A stretch of DNA of 64,000 nucleotides from Planctomycetota bacterium (lineage in GTDB: Bacteria > Planctomycetota > GCA-002687715), in NCBI GenBank assembly GCA_002687715.1, contig NZBC01000204.1, positions 1,135-65,134 of the forward strand, in the 5' to 3' direction. Numbering within the stretch: the first letter of the stretch is position 1; each line of letters starts with the position of its first letter. The notes under the pieces were generated by a model. The model worked only from the letters and a program-made list of their open reading frames with translations, did no database searches and was not told where the DNA came from. Made by a program: the position numbers and the translations under genes. Below, one piece after another: positions 1 through 10,017 of this stretch.

Positions 1-274
1 TGTCTCTCTCCGACGTCGAGCGTTCCATCGTCGACTTGAAGAGGCAGTGCTCGACGAAGTGGGCGAGACCGGTGTGGTGGAGTTCCTCCTCCATTCGCGA
101 CCCGGTACCGATGTGGACGCCGATCTTGAAGTGACCCATCCCTTGGCCGCCGAAGTCCCAGATGCGGACGCCGCTGGACGTCATCATCGCGGCCGGATAG
201 GGAGTCGACTGCCCGTGCAGGAGCCCGGCCAGGGCGATCAGGGCAATCTCGACGAGGATCACGACGCGCAGCAT
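1..274 (-). CDS. M16-family (insulinase/pitrilysin-like) zinc peptidase, N-terminal fragment; continues beyond the left edge
   Basis: Own minus-strand translation from ATG at 274: MLRVVILVEIALIALAGLLHGQSTPYPAAMMTSSGVRIWDFGGQGMGHFKIGVHIGTGSRMEEELHHTGLAHFVEHCLFKSTMERS... It has a signal-like N-terminus and the inverted zinc motif HxxEH (HFVEH) followed by LFKST, as in M16 peptidases. Absent from the ORF track because it is open at the window edge. Confidence 0.7.
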   Translation of the reverse strand, partial: MLRVVILVEIALIALAGLLHGQSTPYPAAMMTSSGVRIWDFGGQGMGHFKIGVHIGTGSRMEEELHHTGLAHFVEHCLFKSTMERSTSERD

Positions 275-289
275 GGGTCGTCCAGGGTA

Positions 290-1504
290 TCACCCGTTGA
301 CCCCGAACAGTGCCAGGACCGCGGTCGCAAAACTCCCGGATGGAAGCTCGAACGCGAACAACCACGTCCCCGGCGCCTCCTTCTGCACAGTGGCACCGCC
401 GAGAGGTGCCACGAGTGCGCGGCGGGCGCCCACGAACGTGTTCTTGGGTAGGTGCCCGGCTTGGAGGTCCGGAGACCATCCCGCGGCAGCCAGGGCTTCC
501 GACTCGATGCGCGCGGCGTCACCGCTCGGGAGCAACATCTTTCGCCCCGGCAGTGGACCCGTGGCGGCGATCTCCAGCGTCGCCGCCCGCGGCTGCTCGG
601 CCTCGTAGTCCTCCACGGCGAAGCACGCCCCGTTCGCGAGCTTCATCGCGACGTCGCCCGGTACGAGCGCGCGACCGTCGCGCAGCCGTGCGTCGAGCAC
701 GCGGTTGAAGCACGCGGACTGCCACGCCGAGAGGAGGAAGTCCCGGGCCCGCCGAGGCAGGGTCGAGACGATCGCGGTCGGCTCGAGCCCGTCGAGAAGT
801 CCTTGGGCAACGTGCCGTTCCAGGTCCATCCCCGGAGGCAGGACCTTCAACGCTCCTCCCGGACGTCCCGCGGCCATCTCGGCTCGACCCGCCGCGACGC
901 GCTCCGCTTCACCGGCGACCGGCTCTGCGATTCGGGCCAGGAAGACCCCTGGATCCGCATCGACGAGAGCGGCCCCGAGGACGTGGTTGCGGCCGAACGT
1001 CCCGAATCGCTGGGCCCCGAACCCGTTCGGCGCCCCTGAAGTGGCGAACCGTCGCAGATGCCCGGCGACGTCCGCCTCCGGGGGATCTGCAGCTTCGCGG
1101 ACGCGAATGCGGAACCTGTTCCCGCGCAGGTGCCCCGTCCGCAACCGGTTGCGATGGGGGATCGCGTCCAGCACTTCCAGTCCCGCGATCGACAAGGCCC
1201 GCACCCGGTCGACGTCGGCCCGGGGCAGGCTGATCCACTGGCGAGTCACGGCGTGGCGGTCCTTGTACCCGGCCCACCCGGCCTGCCGGGTGGACACGCC
1301 GGCCGCCCGAGTCAGCCGCCTGACTGCCTCCGGTGTGGTGAGCCCACGCTTCTCGATCCACACGTAGAGGTGTTCGCCCTCCCCGCAAGGCAGATACTGC
1401 GGGATCTCCTCGACCTCGAAATCCTCCCGCTCCACCCGGATCCGACCACCCAGCCGCGGACCGGACCCCGCGGGCACGGGTGGCGACGTGGGATCGAAGG
1501 TCAT
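290..1504 (-). CDS. truD: tRNA pseudouridine synthase D
   Basis: Starts at an internal ATG (1504) of tracked ORF 290..2440: MTFDPTSPP...IRVEREDFEVEEIPQYLPCGEGEHLYVWIEKRGLTTPEAV...AGYKDRHAVTRQWISL (TruD catalytic-Asp block GxKDxxAxTxQ). The upstream 312 codons of the tracked ORF are antisense to nadK and look non-coding. Confidence 0.85.
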   Translation of the reverse strand: MTFDPTSPPVPAGSGPRLGGRIRVEREDFEVEEIPQYLPCGEGEHLYVWIEKRGLTTPEAVRRLTRAAGVSTRQAGWAGYKDRHAVTRQWISLPRADVDRVRALSIAGLEVLDAIPHRNRLRTGHLRGNRFRIRVREAADPPEADVAGHLRRFATSGAPNGFGAQRFGTFGRNHVLGAALVDADPGVFLARIAEPVAGEAERVAAGRAEMAAGRPGGALKVLPPGMDLERHVAQGLLDGLEPTAIVSTLPRRARDFLLSAWQSACFNRVLDARLRDGRALVPGDVAMKLANGACFAVEDYEAEQPRAATLEIAATGPLPGRKMLLPSGDAARIESEALAAAGWSPDLQAGHLPKNTFVGARRALVAPLGGATVQKEAPGTWLFAFELPSGSFATAVLALFGVNG

Positions 1505-1531
1505 GGGCGGAACTCTACGTACAATGCCAGG

Positions 1532-2260
1532 GTGCGGGTATCGATCATCGGAGACGACACGGCCAGCTTTCGCACGGAGGTGCAGGCGGCCGGCATGACC
1601 ATCGTGGACGACGCTCCCGACGTGATCATCGCGTATGGCGGCGACGGGACCTTCATCGGTGCGGAACGCTTCTTCCCCGGAGTCCCCAAGGTCGGGATTC
1701 GGCGGGAGGAGACCACCATCAAGTGCGGCGCGCACGACAACGCCGTCGTACTCGGACGCCTGGCGGCCGACGCGCTCGAAGAAACGAAGCTCATGAAGCT
1801 CCACGCCGAGTTCAATGACACGGAGATCACCGCGGTCAACGACGTGATCCTCCGCAACACGGACCCTCGCGCGGCGGTCCGGTTTTGCGTCGAGCTCAAC
1901 GGACGGAGGGTCACGGAGGAACTCATCGCGGACGGACTCGTCGTGTGTACGCCGTTCGGTTCGTCGGCGTACTTCCGTTCGATCACACGCACCGTGATCC
2001 GCACCGGCATCGGGGTCGCGTTCAACAACTGCACCGATCTCTTGAACCACCTCGTCGTCGGAGAGGACGAGATCCTGCGAGTCCGGCTCGCGCGGGGCCC
2101 TGCGACTCTCGCCGCCGACAACGATCCTGTTACTTTCGCCATCGACGACGGACAGACCGTTGACATCCGGCAAGCGGACGAGCCGTTCCGCGTGCTCGGC
2201 GTCGACACGCTGCGGTGCGCCGAGTGCCGATACGTCCACGCGCCCCGCCGCCGCTACTGA
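1532..2260 (+). CDS. nadK: NAD(+) kinase
   Basis: GTG at 1532, in frame with ORF 1058..2260: VRVSIIGDD...DVIIAYGGDGTFIGAER (GGDGT motif)...NDVILRN...DGLVVCTPFGSSAYFRS. Start codon inferred. Only 27 bp separate it from the divergent truD start. Confidence 0.8.
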   Translation: MRVSIIGDDTASFRTEVQAAGMTIVDDAPDVIIAYGGDGTFIGAERFFPGVPKVGIRREETTIKCGAHDNAVVLGRLAADALEETKLMKLHAEFNDTEITAVNDVILRNTDPRAAVRFCVELNGRRVTEELIADGLVVCTPFGSSAYFRSITRTVIRTGIGVAFNNCTDLLNHLVVGEDEILRVRLARGPATLAADNDPVTFAIDDGQTVDIRQADEPFRVLGVDTLRCAECRYVHAPRRRY

Positions 2261-2276
2261 CTCAACGGGGTTCCCC

Positions 2277-3851
2277 ATGCGCCGCCTCCTCGCCCTTGCG
2301 CCTCTGCTTCTGCTTGTTGCTTGCCGCGGCACCAGCGTCAAGCTGTTCGACAACACGATCATCGAGGGGCACCAGAAGCAGAAGGTGATCCGACCCGTCG
2401 TGTACGGCGCGGGGCTATCGCTCCGGTCGTGGAACCCCAACGGCGAGCACGGATGGTGCGAGGTGACGTCACTGATTCACGCCCGCCTGGTCACGTTCGA
2501 CCTCCGCGGCCGGCTGCAGTGTGACCTCGCCCGGACGTACGGGTTCGAGGACGACGGGCGCACTCTGCGCATCACCCTGGACGACGGCGTGTTCCACGAC
2601 GGCCGCCCCGTCACGGCAGACGACGTCGTCCGTACGCTGGACCTCGCACGCGCCGACCCAAAGTCGGAACCCGGACGCAACCTCGCCGCCGTCGAACGGG
2701 TGGAAGCCACGAGTGCGAAGGAGCTGCGCGTCGTTTGCAAGAAGCCGTTCCCCGAGCTACCCGAGGTCCTGACTGAGGTCGCGGTGCTGCCGGCGCACGT
2801 GGTCGGCAAGGACGCGAGCGCGTTGGAAGCGCTCCCCATCGGTGCGGGGCCGTTCCAGGTCGCGGACCAGGCAGGGCGTTCCTACACCCTCATTCCGCAC
2901 CCGCAATGGCACGGCGGACAGGTCCGTCCACCTGCCGTCATCGTCCGCGTGATCGAAGACGATCGCGAACGCGCGCACCTGCTCGCCCGCGGCCACGTCG
3001 ACCTCGCGTGCGTGAAGCCCGAGATGCTCACGCTGTTCGGAGACCGGTCCCGATTCCGCATCCACCGCGCGCGCACGGGCGTGATCCGCGCGATCCCCCT
3101 CGACGTCAAGGCCCCGGGGCTCGACGACCCGCGGGTCCGGCGCGCGCTCTCGGCGCTCGTCGATCGCGAGGCGCTCGTCGACACCGCGCTCGGCGGTCTC
3201 GGACGACCCGCGTACCAGCTCCTCGCCCCGGCGAGCCCGGGGTTCGACAGCGCACTCGATCAACCGGACCTCGACCCCGCCGCCGCCCGGAAGCTCCTCG
3301 ACGACGCCGGCTGGATCCGGGATGACGACGGCACCCGGCGGCGGAACGGCGCACCGCTCCGAGTCCGCCTCGTGGCGTGGCAGGGCGAGTCCTTTCGCCG
3401 GCAGGCGGGCGACCTGATCGTCGACGGCTGGCGCCGTGAGGGCATCGCCGCGGAAGTCATCCGGGTGGACCGCGACGGATACACCCGACTCGCCCGCGAT
3501 CTTCACGGCAACGCGGAAGGCTACGTCGGCGGGTGGGGTGCCCTCGCGATGCCCGTCTCCGTCCTCGCGAAGAAGTGCGCGACCGGAGGCGTCCAGAACC
3601 GGCTCGGTTTCTCGGACGCGACCGTCGATCGCACGCTCGCCGAGGCGGCGACGGCGGTGAGGATGGGCGAGCGCGTCGCCGGCGCCCGCACGGCGCAGCG
3701 CCGCATCCGCGAGCTCACCCCGTGGATCCCGCTCGTCTACGCCGACTACCTCTTCGTGGCCCGAGCGGAGGTCAAGGGCCTCGTCATCGACGTCGTGGAC
3801 TCATGGTACGAGTGGCCCCGCAATCTCTGGCGTATCCGCGTCGAGCAGTAG
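2277..3851 (+). CDS. ABC-transporter solute-binding lipoprotein, family 5 (peptide/nickel type), orphan
   Basis: ATG at 2277 in ORF 2160..3851: MRRLLALAPLLLLVAC (lipobox), then ...LVTFDLRGRLQCDLARTYGFEDDGRTLRITLDDGVFHDGRPVTADDVVRTL..., typical of the SBP_bac_5 N-lobe. No permease or ATPase gene is adjacent. Confidence 0.7.
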   Translation: MRRLLALAPLLLLVACRGTSVKLFDNTIIEGHQKQKVIRPVVYGAGLSLRSWNPNGEHGWCEVTSLIHARLVTFDLRGRLQCDLARTYGFEDDGRTLRITLDDGVFHDGRPVTADDVVRTLDLARADPKSEPGRNLAAVERVEATSAKELRVVCKKPFPELPEVLTEVAVLPAHVVGKDASALEALPIGAGPFQVADQAGRSYTLIPHPQWHGGQVRPPAVIVRVIEDDRERAHLLARGHVDLACVKPEMLTLFGDRSRFRIHRARTGVIRAIPLDVKAPGLDDPRVRRALSALVDREALVDTALGGLGRPAYQLLAPASPGFDSALDQPDLDPAAARKLLDDAGWIRDDDGTRRRNGAPLRVRLVAWQGESFRRQAGDLIVDGWRREGIAAEVIRVDRDGYTRLARDLHGNAEGYVGGWGALAMPVSVLAKKCATGGVQNRLGFSDATVDRTLAEAATAVRMGERVAGARTAQRRIRELTPWIPLVYADYLFVARAEVKGLVIDVVDSWYEWPRNLWRIRVEQ

Positions 3852-3860
3852 CGCGAAGCC

Positions 3861-3938
3861 GGGAGCGCCGACCTCCAGGTCCGCTCTGGGTCCGGATCCG
3901 GCTTCGCCGCCGGAGCGGACCTGGAGGTCCGCGCTCCC
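3861..3938. repeat. 26-bp inverted repeat (25/26 positions pair) between convergent genes; REP-like palindromic element and probable bidirectional terminator
   Basis: 3861..3886 GGGAGCGCCGACCTCCAGGTCCGCTC pairs with 3913..3938 GAGCGGACCTGGAGGTCCGCGCTCCC. Each arm is itself a small hairpin (GCGGACCT/AGGTCCGC). A related copy, GGGAGCGCGGACCTGGAGATCCGCGCTCCC, lies at 61721..61750. Confidence 0.75.
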
Positions 3939-3979
3939 CGGGGAAACGGAGATTGCTTCACTGGCTCCGGAGCTTCGCG

Positions 3980-6412
3980 CTAGGGCGCCGTCGGCTGACG
4001 TACCAGCCGCTGGATCGCCGAGACGAGCTCCTCCGCCTTGATCGGCTTGGAGACGTATTCGTCCATGCCGGCGGCGAGACACTCTTCGCGGTCGCCGGCC
4101 AGCGCGTTGGCGGTGAGGGCGATGATGGGCGTGTGGTTCTCCGTGCCCTTCTCGCGAGCGCGGATCGCACGGGTGGTTTCCGCGCCGCCCATGACCGGCA
4201 TCTGCATGTCCATCAAGACGACGTCGAACGCAGCCTCCGCTAGGATCTCCAACGCTTCGCGACCGTGGCTCGCAACCTCCACCTCGTAGCCCCGCTTCTT
4301 GAGCATGAGCACGGCCAGACGCTGGTTCACACAGTTGTCCTCGACGACGAGGATCCGGAACGCCATGGCGCCGTCTCCGGCGCATTCGCCATAGACGCCC
4401 GCCTTCCAACGGGTGCCCAGGACGCCCGCCATGGCATTGAACAGCTCGGACTGCTTGACGGGCTTCGAGACGTGGGCGTTGACCTCGATCGCGTGGACGC
4501 AGTCCGCCTGATCGAGCTTGCCCGCCTGGGTGACCATGATGACCGGGAGACCGCGGGTGGACTCGGACCCGCGCAGCTCTTCGAGGATCGCCACGCCATC
4601 CGGGGACGGCATGTCGAGATCGAGGATGGCGAGGCCGAACGGCCGATCGGTCGCCGCGGCATCGCGGATTGCTGCCAGCGCATCCGCTCCACTGGTGAAG
4701 GTCGTGGGTTCGATCTCCCACGATTCGAGCACCTCCGACAGTGCGGCGGCGCAATGCGGATTGTCGTCGGCGACGAGCACGCGCAGCTCCTTGAAATCGA
4801 CCTCGGTCGGAGCAATGTCGTCCTCGAGCGGCCCGTGATGGATCGGGAAGCTCGTGGTGAACTGGAAATCGCTGCCCCGCCCTGGATGACTCTCCACCCA
4901 GATGCGGCCGCCCATCATCCGTACGAGTTGCGCGGAGATGGCCAGCCCGAGACCGGTGCCGCCGAATCGTCGCGTCGTCGAACCGTCGGCTTGGGAGAAC
5001 GCCTGAAAGATGAGGGACTGCTTCTCGAGGGGGATGCCGATGCCGGTGTCCCGCACCGAGAAGTGGAGCACACACCGATTTGCCATCCCCGATTGCCGCG
5101 AAACGCTGACGACAACCTCCCCTTGCTCGGTGAACTTGATCGCGTTTCCGATGAGGTTCACGATGACCTGGCGCAGACGGCCGACGTCGCCCACGACCCG
5201 GTCTGGCACGCTCGGCGCGACCTTCCAGATAACCTCGAGGTCCTTGTCGTGCGCGGAGAAGGCGAGCGTTTTCACGGTGTCCGAGAGACTCTCTCGCAAC
5301 CCGAAGGGCGCCGGATCAAGCTCGAGCTTCCCGGCCTCGATCTTGGAGAAGTCGAGAATGTCGTTGAGCAGCGTCAGCAAGGACGCCGCCGACGAACGCG
5401 TGGTGGCGAGGAACTCCTCTTGCTCCTCGGACAGCTCGGTCTCGAGAGCGAGCTCCGTCATTCCGATGATGCCGTTGAGCGGAGTCCGGATCTCGTGGCT
5501 CATGTTGGCGAGGAACTCGGACTTGGCCTTCGTGCCCGCTTCCGCCCGCTCCTTCGCGGCCTTGAGGTTCGCGTTGACCTCTACGAGCTCGTAGGTGCGC
5601 CGCTCGACCTCTTCTTCAAGGTGATCCCGGTGGCGGGCGAAGTCGAGGTCGCGTTCGCGCAGCTGTTCGAGCATCTCATTGAAGCGCGCGATGAGCCGGC
5701 CCGTCTCGTCGTAGGCGGTTGATTCGGCCCGGTGGTTGTAGTTCTTGGTCCGGGCGACGTCGTCCATGACCGTCGCGAGGTGGGTGATGGGTCCGGAGAT
5801 CAACCCTCCCAGGCGTGCTGACAGCAGGAACGTGCCCAGAGTGAGGACGATCATGACGACGCCAACTACGAATAGCAGCTGGCTCGCCAGCGACCGCTCT
5901 CGACTCCGGTCTGCTTCGATGTAGAGCATGCCGACGACCGGGTCGGCGTCCGCGCCTTCCTCGTTCGTTTCGTTCTCGTCGCTCTCGTCATTCGTGGGTC
6001 GAAGAACCTCGCGCACGATGATCAGTCGATCGTCGGTGAACCGGCGACCTGTGGAGCCGAGCGAGTCCGGAAACTCCTTCGTGACATTCTCCCGGGCGTC
6101 GACCGCGAACGGAGAGAAGCGGCCCTCGACGTTCCGAAACAGGCAAACGCGACGTACGTGAGGCGCCGTCAGGAGCGGGTGGAGGTAGGTCCTGGCCTCG
6201 CTCGCGAACCCCATATCCAGCGCCAGGTCACACTGCTGTCCAACCGCATCGACCAGAGTCTCCAGGTCTCCCGCGACCGTGTCGCGGAGCGTCCGCGCAC
6301 TAGCGGAGTAGAGGACGATGCTGGCCGTCAGCAGAACGACGGTGCTCGTCGCCATCACGGCGAGCGTCATCTTCGTCTTGATGGACAGATTCCGAAGGAA
6401 GCGGCTCATCAC
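3980..6412 (-). CDS. Hybrid sensor histidine kinase (TM-sensor-HAMP-HisKA-HATPase-REC-REC)
   Basis: 810-aa ORF with an N-terminal TM segment and a HAMP-like segment ([19 protein letters not shown]...[12 protein letters not shown]). H-box [22 protein letters not shown]; G-box [10 protein letters not shown]. Two receiver domains (VLVADDNP...[11 protein letters not shown] and [11 protein letters not shown]...[12 protein letters not shown]). Its start overlaps the stop of the upstream gene by 4 nt. Confidence 0.9.
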   Translation of the reverse strand: MMSRFLRNLSIKTKMTLAVMATSTVVLLTASIVLYSASARTLRDTVAGDLETLVDAVGQQCDLALDMGFASEARTYLHPLLTAPHVRRVCLFRNVEGRFSPFAVDARENVTKEFPDSLGSTGRRFTDDRLIIVREVLRPTNDESDENETNEEGADADPVVGMLYIEADRSRERSLASQLLFVVGVVMIVLTLGTFLLSARLGGLISGPITHLATVMDDVARTKNYNHRAESTAYDETGRLIARFNEMLEQLRERDLDFARHRDHLEEEVERRTYELVEVNANLKAAKERAEAGTKAKSEFLANMSHEIRTPLNGIIGMTELALETELSEEQEEFLATTRSSAASLLTLLNDILDFSKIEAGKLELDPAPFGLRESLSDTVKTLAFSAHDKDLEVIWKVAPSVPDRVVGDVGRLRQVIVNLIGNAIKFTEQGEVVVSVSRQSGMANRCVLHFSVRDTGIGIPLEKQSLIFQAFSQADGSTTRRFGGTGLGLAISAQLVRMMGGRIWVESHPGRGSDFQFTTSFPIHHGPLEDDIAPTEVDFKELRVLVADDNPHCAAALSEVLESWEIEPTTFTSGADALAAIRDAAATDRPFGLAILDLDMPSPDGVAILEELRGSESTRGLPVIMVTQAGKLDQADCVHAIEVNAHVSKPVKQSELFNAMAGVLGTRWKAGVYGECAGDGAMAFRILVVEDNCVNQRLAVLMLKKRGYEVEVASHGREALEILAEAAFDVVLMDMQMPVMGGAETTRAIRAREKGTENHTPIIALTANALAGDREECLAAGMDEYVSKPIKAEELVSAIQRLVRQPTAP

Positions 6413-7032
6413 TTCTTGTTCGCCAGCTTCAGCAGCTTGGTGCTGATCTTGAGGCCCCGACCCTGCGCACGCTTGCTATCGATCTGGAAGCGGACCTTCC
6501 GGCTTCGAAGGACGAAGTTGAACATCCCCCCGGCAGCGAGGAATCCCTTCTCCTCGCCTATCGTCAGGATGGGCTGCCGTCCCACGGACTTGAGCGCCGC
6601 ATCTCGTCTCGCGGCCTTCACTGTCCGGGGCACGAAGAGCACGTGGACTCCCTTCGCGTCCTGAGGGCGGGTGATCACCTTGATGGTGACGCGGTGCGAT
6701 CCGACCTTCTTGCCTGCGAGCTCCGCGCGACCCCCCTTGCCCAACGGATCCGTCTCGAGGATGCCGACGACGATGTTCTGTTTCGCCTTCAATGCCGCGG
6801 TCGGCCACGTGGTGAAGCGAATGAAACGCAGCATCATCGCGGCCTTCAATTCGTACTCCGGAACCTGCAGAGGTGAAGAGGGGCGCGTGCCGATCGAGCT
6901 CGTAGCGGCCGCCAGAGCGGACCCCGGCGCGGGATCCTGCGCGGAAGCGAAGGTCGCCACCGCGAAGAGCATCGCGATCCGGAGGGTGCCGCGGGCGGCC
7001 CTTCGGGAGGAGCTGTGGATCGGTCGCATCAT
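6409..7032 (-). CDS. YfiR-family / DUF4154 periplasmic protein
   Basis: Signal peptide ([16 protein letters not shown]) and the block [18 protein letters not shown], which resembles the DUF4154/YfiR signature (YxxKAAFLYNFxKFxxWP). It sits between a TonB-dependent receptor and a kinase, the usual context for this family. Confidence 0.65.
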   Translation of the reverse strand: MMRPIHSSSRRAARGTLRIAMLFAVATFASAQDPAPGSALAAATSSIGTRPSSPLQVPEYELKAAMMLRFIRFTTWPTAALKAKQNIVVGILETDPLGKGGRAELAGKKVGSHRVTIKVITRPQDAKGVHVLFVPRTVKAARRDAALKSVGRQPILTIGEEKGFLAAGGMFNFVLRSRKVRFQIDSKRAQGRGLKISTKLLKLANKK

Positions 7033-7066
7033 CTGGATGGTGTCAACGCCCGTTGGCCCGGCGGCT

Positions 7067-9084
7067 CTAGAAGGTGAACTCCAGCGAGAGGTACGCGAGC
7101 CGTTCGATCTCTGCCGCAGGTCGGTTCAGCGTCGGTCCGTACTCGTCGTGACGGCCGTCCAGGATGTTCTGCACACCCGCGGTCACCTGCATCCACTCCG
7201 TCGCCTGCCACGCCACCTGGACGTCCCAGCGAAGGTACTCGGACACGCGTCGGTTCTGGATTTCGTCTACGAAGTAGATGACGGAGTTGAGCTGCAGCTC
7301 GTCGGTGACGTCCCAATACGAGCGAACGTTGAGCTGGTGGCGGGGATAGTCGTCTTCGGGGCTGCGCGCGGTCGGATCCGCGCTCTGACTGAGCGGGTCG
7401 ATGTCGGTTTCCGTGTACGAGTAGCTGCCGGCCAACCGCCAGTTGTCGGTCACGCGCCACTGAACCGCGAGCTCAGCGCCGTAGACCTGACCCCTCGCCT
7501 TGTTGTCGAACGTCGCCGGGATGAACACGATCGGCCCCATGGGTCCAATCGTGACCACGGGCGCGCCGACTTCCGCCGTCCGCAGATTGTCGTAGTGGTT
7601 ATAGAACAGGGCGAGGTCGAACGAGAGGTTGTCGTCGGGCCTCACTCGATACCCGACCTCGAATGCCGTCACGTCCTCGGACACGACCCCGTCGTCACCC
7701 GAGAACGTCACCAGGGACAGCGGTATCATCCCCATCGGCGGGATGGGCGTCAGGGTCACTCCGACGTCGTGGTCGACGCGGCCCGGGGTACGTGCGGCAC
7801 GCGACACCGCCGTCCACAGGGTGTGAGCCGGGTTCGGAGCCCAGAGGAGACGGACGTTCGGTTGGACCTCGAAGCCCGAGAAGTCGTTGTGCTCGAACTT
7901 CGAGCCAATGGTCAGGAAGAGCTCGTCTTCAGCGAGCGTGATCGTGTCCTGGATGAACGCGGACAACAGCTGGGTCTCCCGGCTCGAAGGCGTGAAGAAG
8001 ATGTCGAAGCTGTTGTCGTTGGAGTCCGCTGTGTATCGGTAGCCGACCCCCCAGATGAGCTCGTGATCCTCGCCCAGGTGGAACCGGTGTTGGAAGTCGA
8101 AGTCGAACGTATCGACGCTCTGCCCAAGCAGGTCCTGATGGCGCTCCGTGTGATCGAAGTAGAGCTGCAGGGTCAGATCCTGGTCGGTTGATATCGAATG
8201 GCTCCACCGACCTTGGAGGAACCACCCGGCATGCCCAACGGTCTGGTCTCTGGGGACGAGATAGGGTGGAGTCAAGACGACGAACTGGTTCAGCTCCTCG
8301 GCGTGGCCCTTGAAGTAGTTCCCCTTGAACATGAACTCGTCGTCAGACGACGGCCGCCAATCGACCCGGAAGCCGCCGCGCAACGCGTCCCAGTCGTCGG
8401 GGAAGTCCTCGCCGTTGCCGAACGCGCCACCGTCACGGTCGAACCACTTGCCCCACACCCGGAACCACGCATCGTCGGACAGCTCGTCGCCATAGCGGAA
8501 CGCCGCCCACGGGAGGTTGTCGTTCGTGCTGTAGCCGGTCTCGAAGAGGAACCCCTGCGTGTCCTCGGCGCTCTTGGTGATGATGTTGATGACGCCGTTC
8601 ACGGCGTTCGCGCCCCATAGCGTCGCGCCTGGTCCGCGAACGACCTCGATAAACGGTCGACGTCCTGGAGAATCAGATCCTGGTCGCTCCAGTAGGTGCC
8701 GGAGAAGAGCGGGTTGTAGATCGTGCGCCCGTCCATCAGGGTGAGCAACTTGTTGGCAAACTCGTCGCCGAACCCCCGGGCGGAGATGGACCATCGACTG
8801 CGGCTCAGACTGCCAACGTGCAGGCCCGGGACCACGCGCAGCGCATCAGCGACCGACTGCGCGCCGAGGCGCTGGATATCCTCGTCGGTGATGACGTAGA
8901 CCGCGGCCGCCGATCGCGACACCTTCTGCGCCTTCTTGGCCACGGAGGTCACCTCCATGTCCATCAGCGCTTCCAGCGACAGCTCATCCTCGTCGGGCTC
9001 TTCCTGCGTACCAGCGCCCTCCCCCGTGGGCTGGGCGATGACCGGGCAGGCGAAGGCCAGCAGCAGGACCACGAGGACCCTCAT
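7067..9084 (-). pseudogene. TonB-dependent outer-membrane receptor, interrupted by a frameshift near 8651..8655
   Basis: ORF 8599..9144 holds the signal peptide MRVLVVLLLAFACPVIAQ (ATG 9084) and the plug (AAVYVITDEDIQRLGAQSVADALRVVPGLHV...LMDGRTIYNPLFSGTYWSDQDLILQDVDR). ORF 7067..8794, in another frame, continues with FIEVVRGPGATLWGANAVNGVINIITK and ends with the C-terminal ...YLSLEFTF typical of TBDR barrels. Confidence 0.8.
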
Positions 9085-9424
9085 GATCCCGTTCCCGGCG
9101 CTGGCACGCGTAGCAGGCAACCCTGGCCGGTGGATGAAACCCATGGCCTTTCCCCCCTCGGCACGGTCGTCTCAATCACGCCCCGAAGCGACGACTGTGT
9201 CCCCGGCCCCCCTCCAGAGGCCGTCCCTCAGTTTCGCGCCCGTTTCGGCGCGTCCTTCACGAGGCAGGTCGGCCCAACATGAACCGACCACCCCGGGAAC
9301 TTTGTCGGCGCCCGCCGGTTCCGCGCCGGAGTCTTCGTCTCGCCTGGCTGCTCAACTGTCGACGCAGCCCGAGCCCGTGCCGCAAAGCGCGACGATGCGT
9401 GTCGAAAGGTCGTGGCCGCCGGCG

Positions 9425-9793
9425 CTACTCGGCGACGGTGCTCGCGAGGTGACCCTCCTTCTCCAGGAGGGCGGCGCCGTCGTCCTTCACGGGCCCCTTG
9501 GCCAGGACGTAGCCCTTGACGGGCTTTTGAGGGTTCTGTTGCTGCAGCACCCCGACCATCTTCAAGAACCCCTGCGCGTCCTTCGCGTTGAATCCGGTCT
9601 TCTTCGGCCACGGCAGCAACGCCCACGTCGCCGTGCGGGACCGCGCGACGACCAGAGTGTCCTTGCCCTTGCCGCCGATCTCCCCGGGCTCGATCTCCTT
9701 GATCTCGGTGAAGCGGGGCAGACGGATGGTCTCTTTCTCGAGGACGATGGGCGATCCCTTCTTCAGCCGACGGATCAGCCCCTCGCTGCTCAT
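9425..9793 (-). CDS. Hypothetical 122-aa protein (possible minimal Mrr/PD-(D/E)xK-like fold; weak)
   Basis: Internal ATG (9793) of ORF 9425..9961: MSSEGLIRRLKKGSPIVLEKETIRLPRFTEIKEIEPGEIGGKGKDTLVVARSRTATWALLPWPKKTGFNAKDAQGFLKMVGVLQQQNPQKPVKGYVLAKGPVKDDGAALLEKEGHL... High GC3. The layout D-hhhh...hhPWPKK...KGYVhAKG loosely recalls restriction-endonuclease-like cores. Confidence 0.5.
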   Translation of the reverse strand: MSSEGLIRRLKKGSPIVLEKETIRLPRFTEIKEIEPGEIGGKGKDTLVVARSRTATWALLPWPKKTGFNAKDAQGFLKMVGVLQQQNPQKPVKGYVLAKGPVKDDGAALLEKEGHLASTVAE

Positions 9794-10017
9794 CAATTCA
9801 CTCAACGCCAGTCCTCCGGACACGGCCGCGACGGATGTCTCCCACGGCCGCGGTGTCAGCACCGTGTGCAATAGGAGAGGGGCGCGCAATCCAGGGCTTC
9901 GGCCCTCCGGCCAACCCCTGGGAACAGATCCATGGTACGCGCACGGACGCCCCATCGTCAAGGTCCGGCGTTCCCCCGAATCAGCGCAACTACATCGTGA
10001 TCAGATGGTTACAGCAA

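Noticed and set aside
9145-9424. Possible cobalamin riboswitch in the 280-bp leader of the TonB-dependent receptor
   Set aside because: The minus strand contains GGGCCGACCTGCC, a partial B12-box-like element (..GACCTGCC), and a GAA...GGCGCGGAACCGG...CGCCGAC stretch vaguely like the core. However, the conserved GCCACTG element and a full B12 box are absent. It is not called; Rfam RF00174 cmscan would decide.
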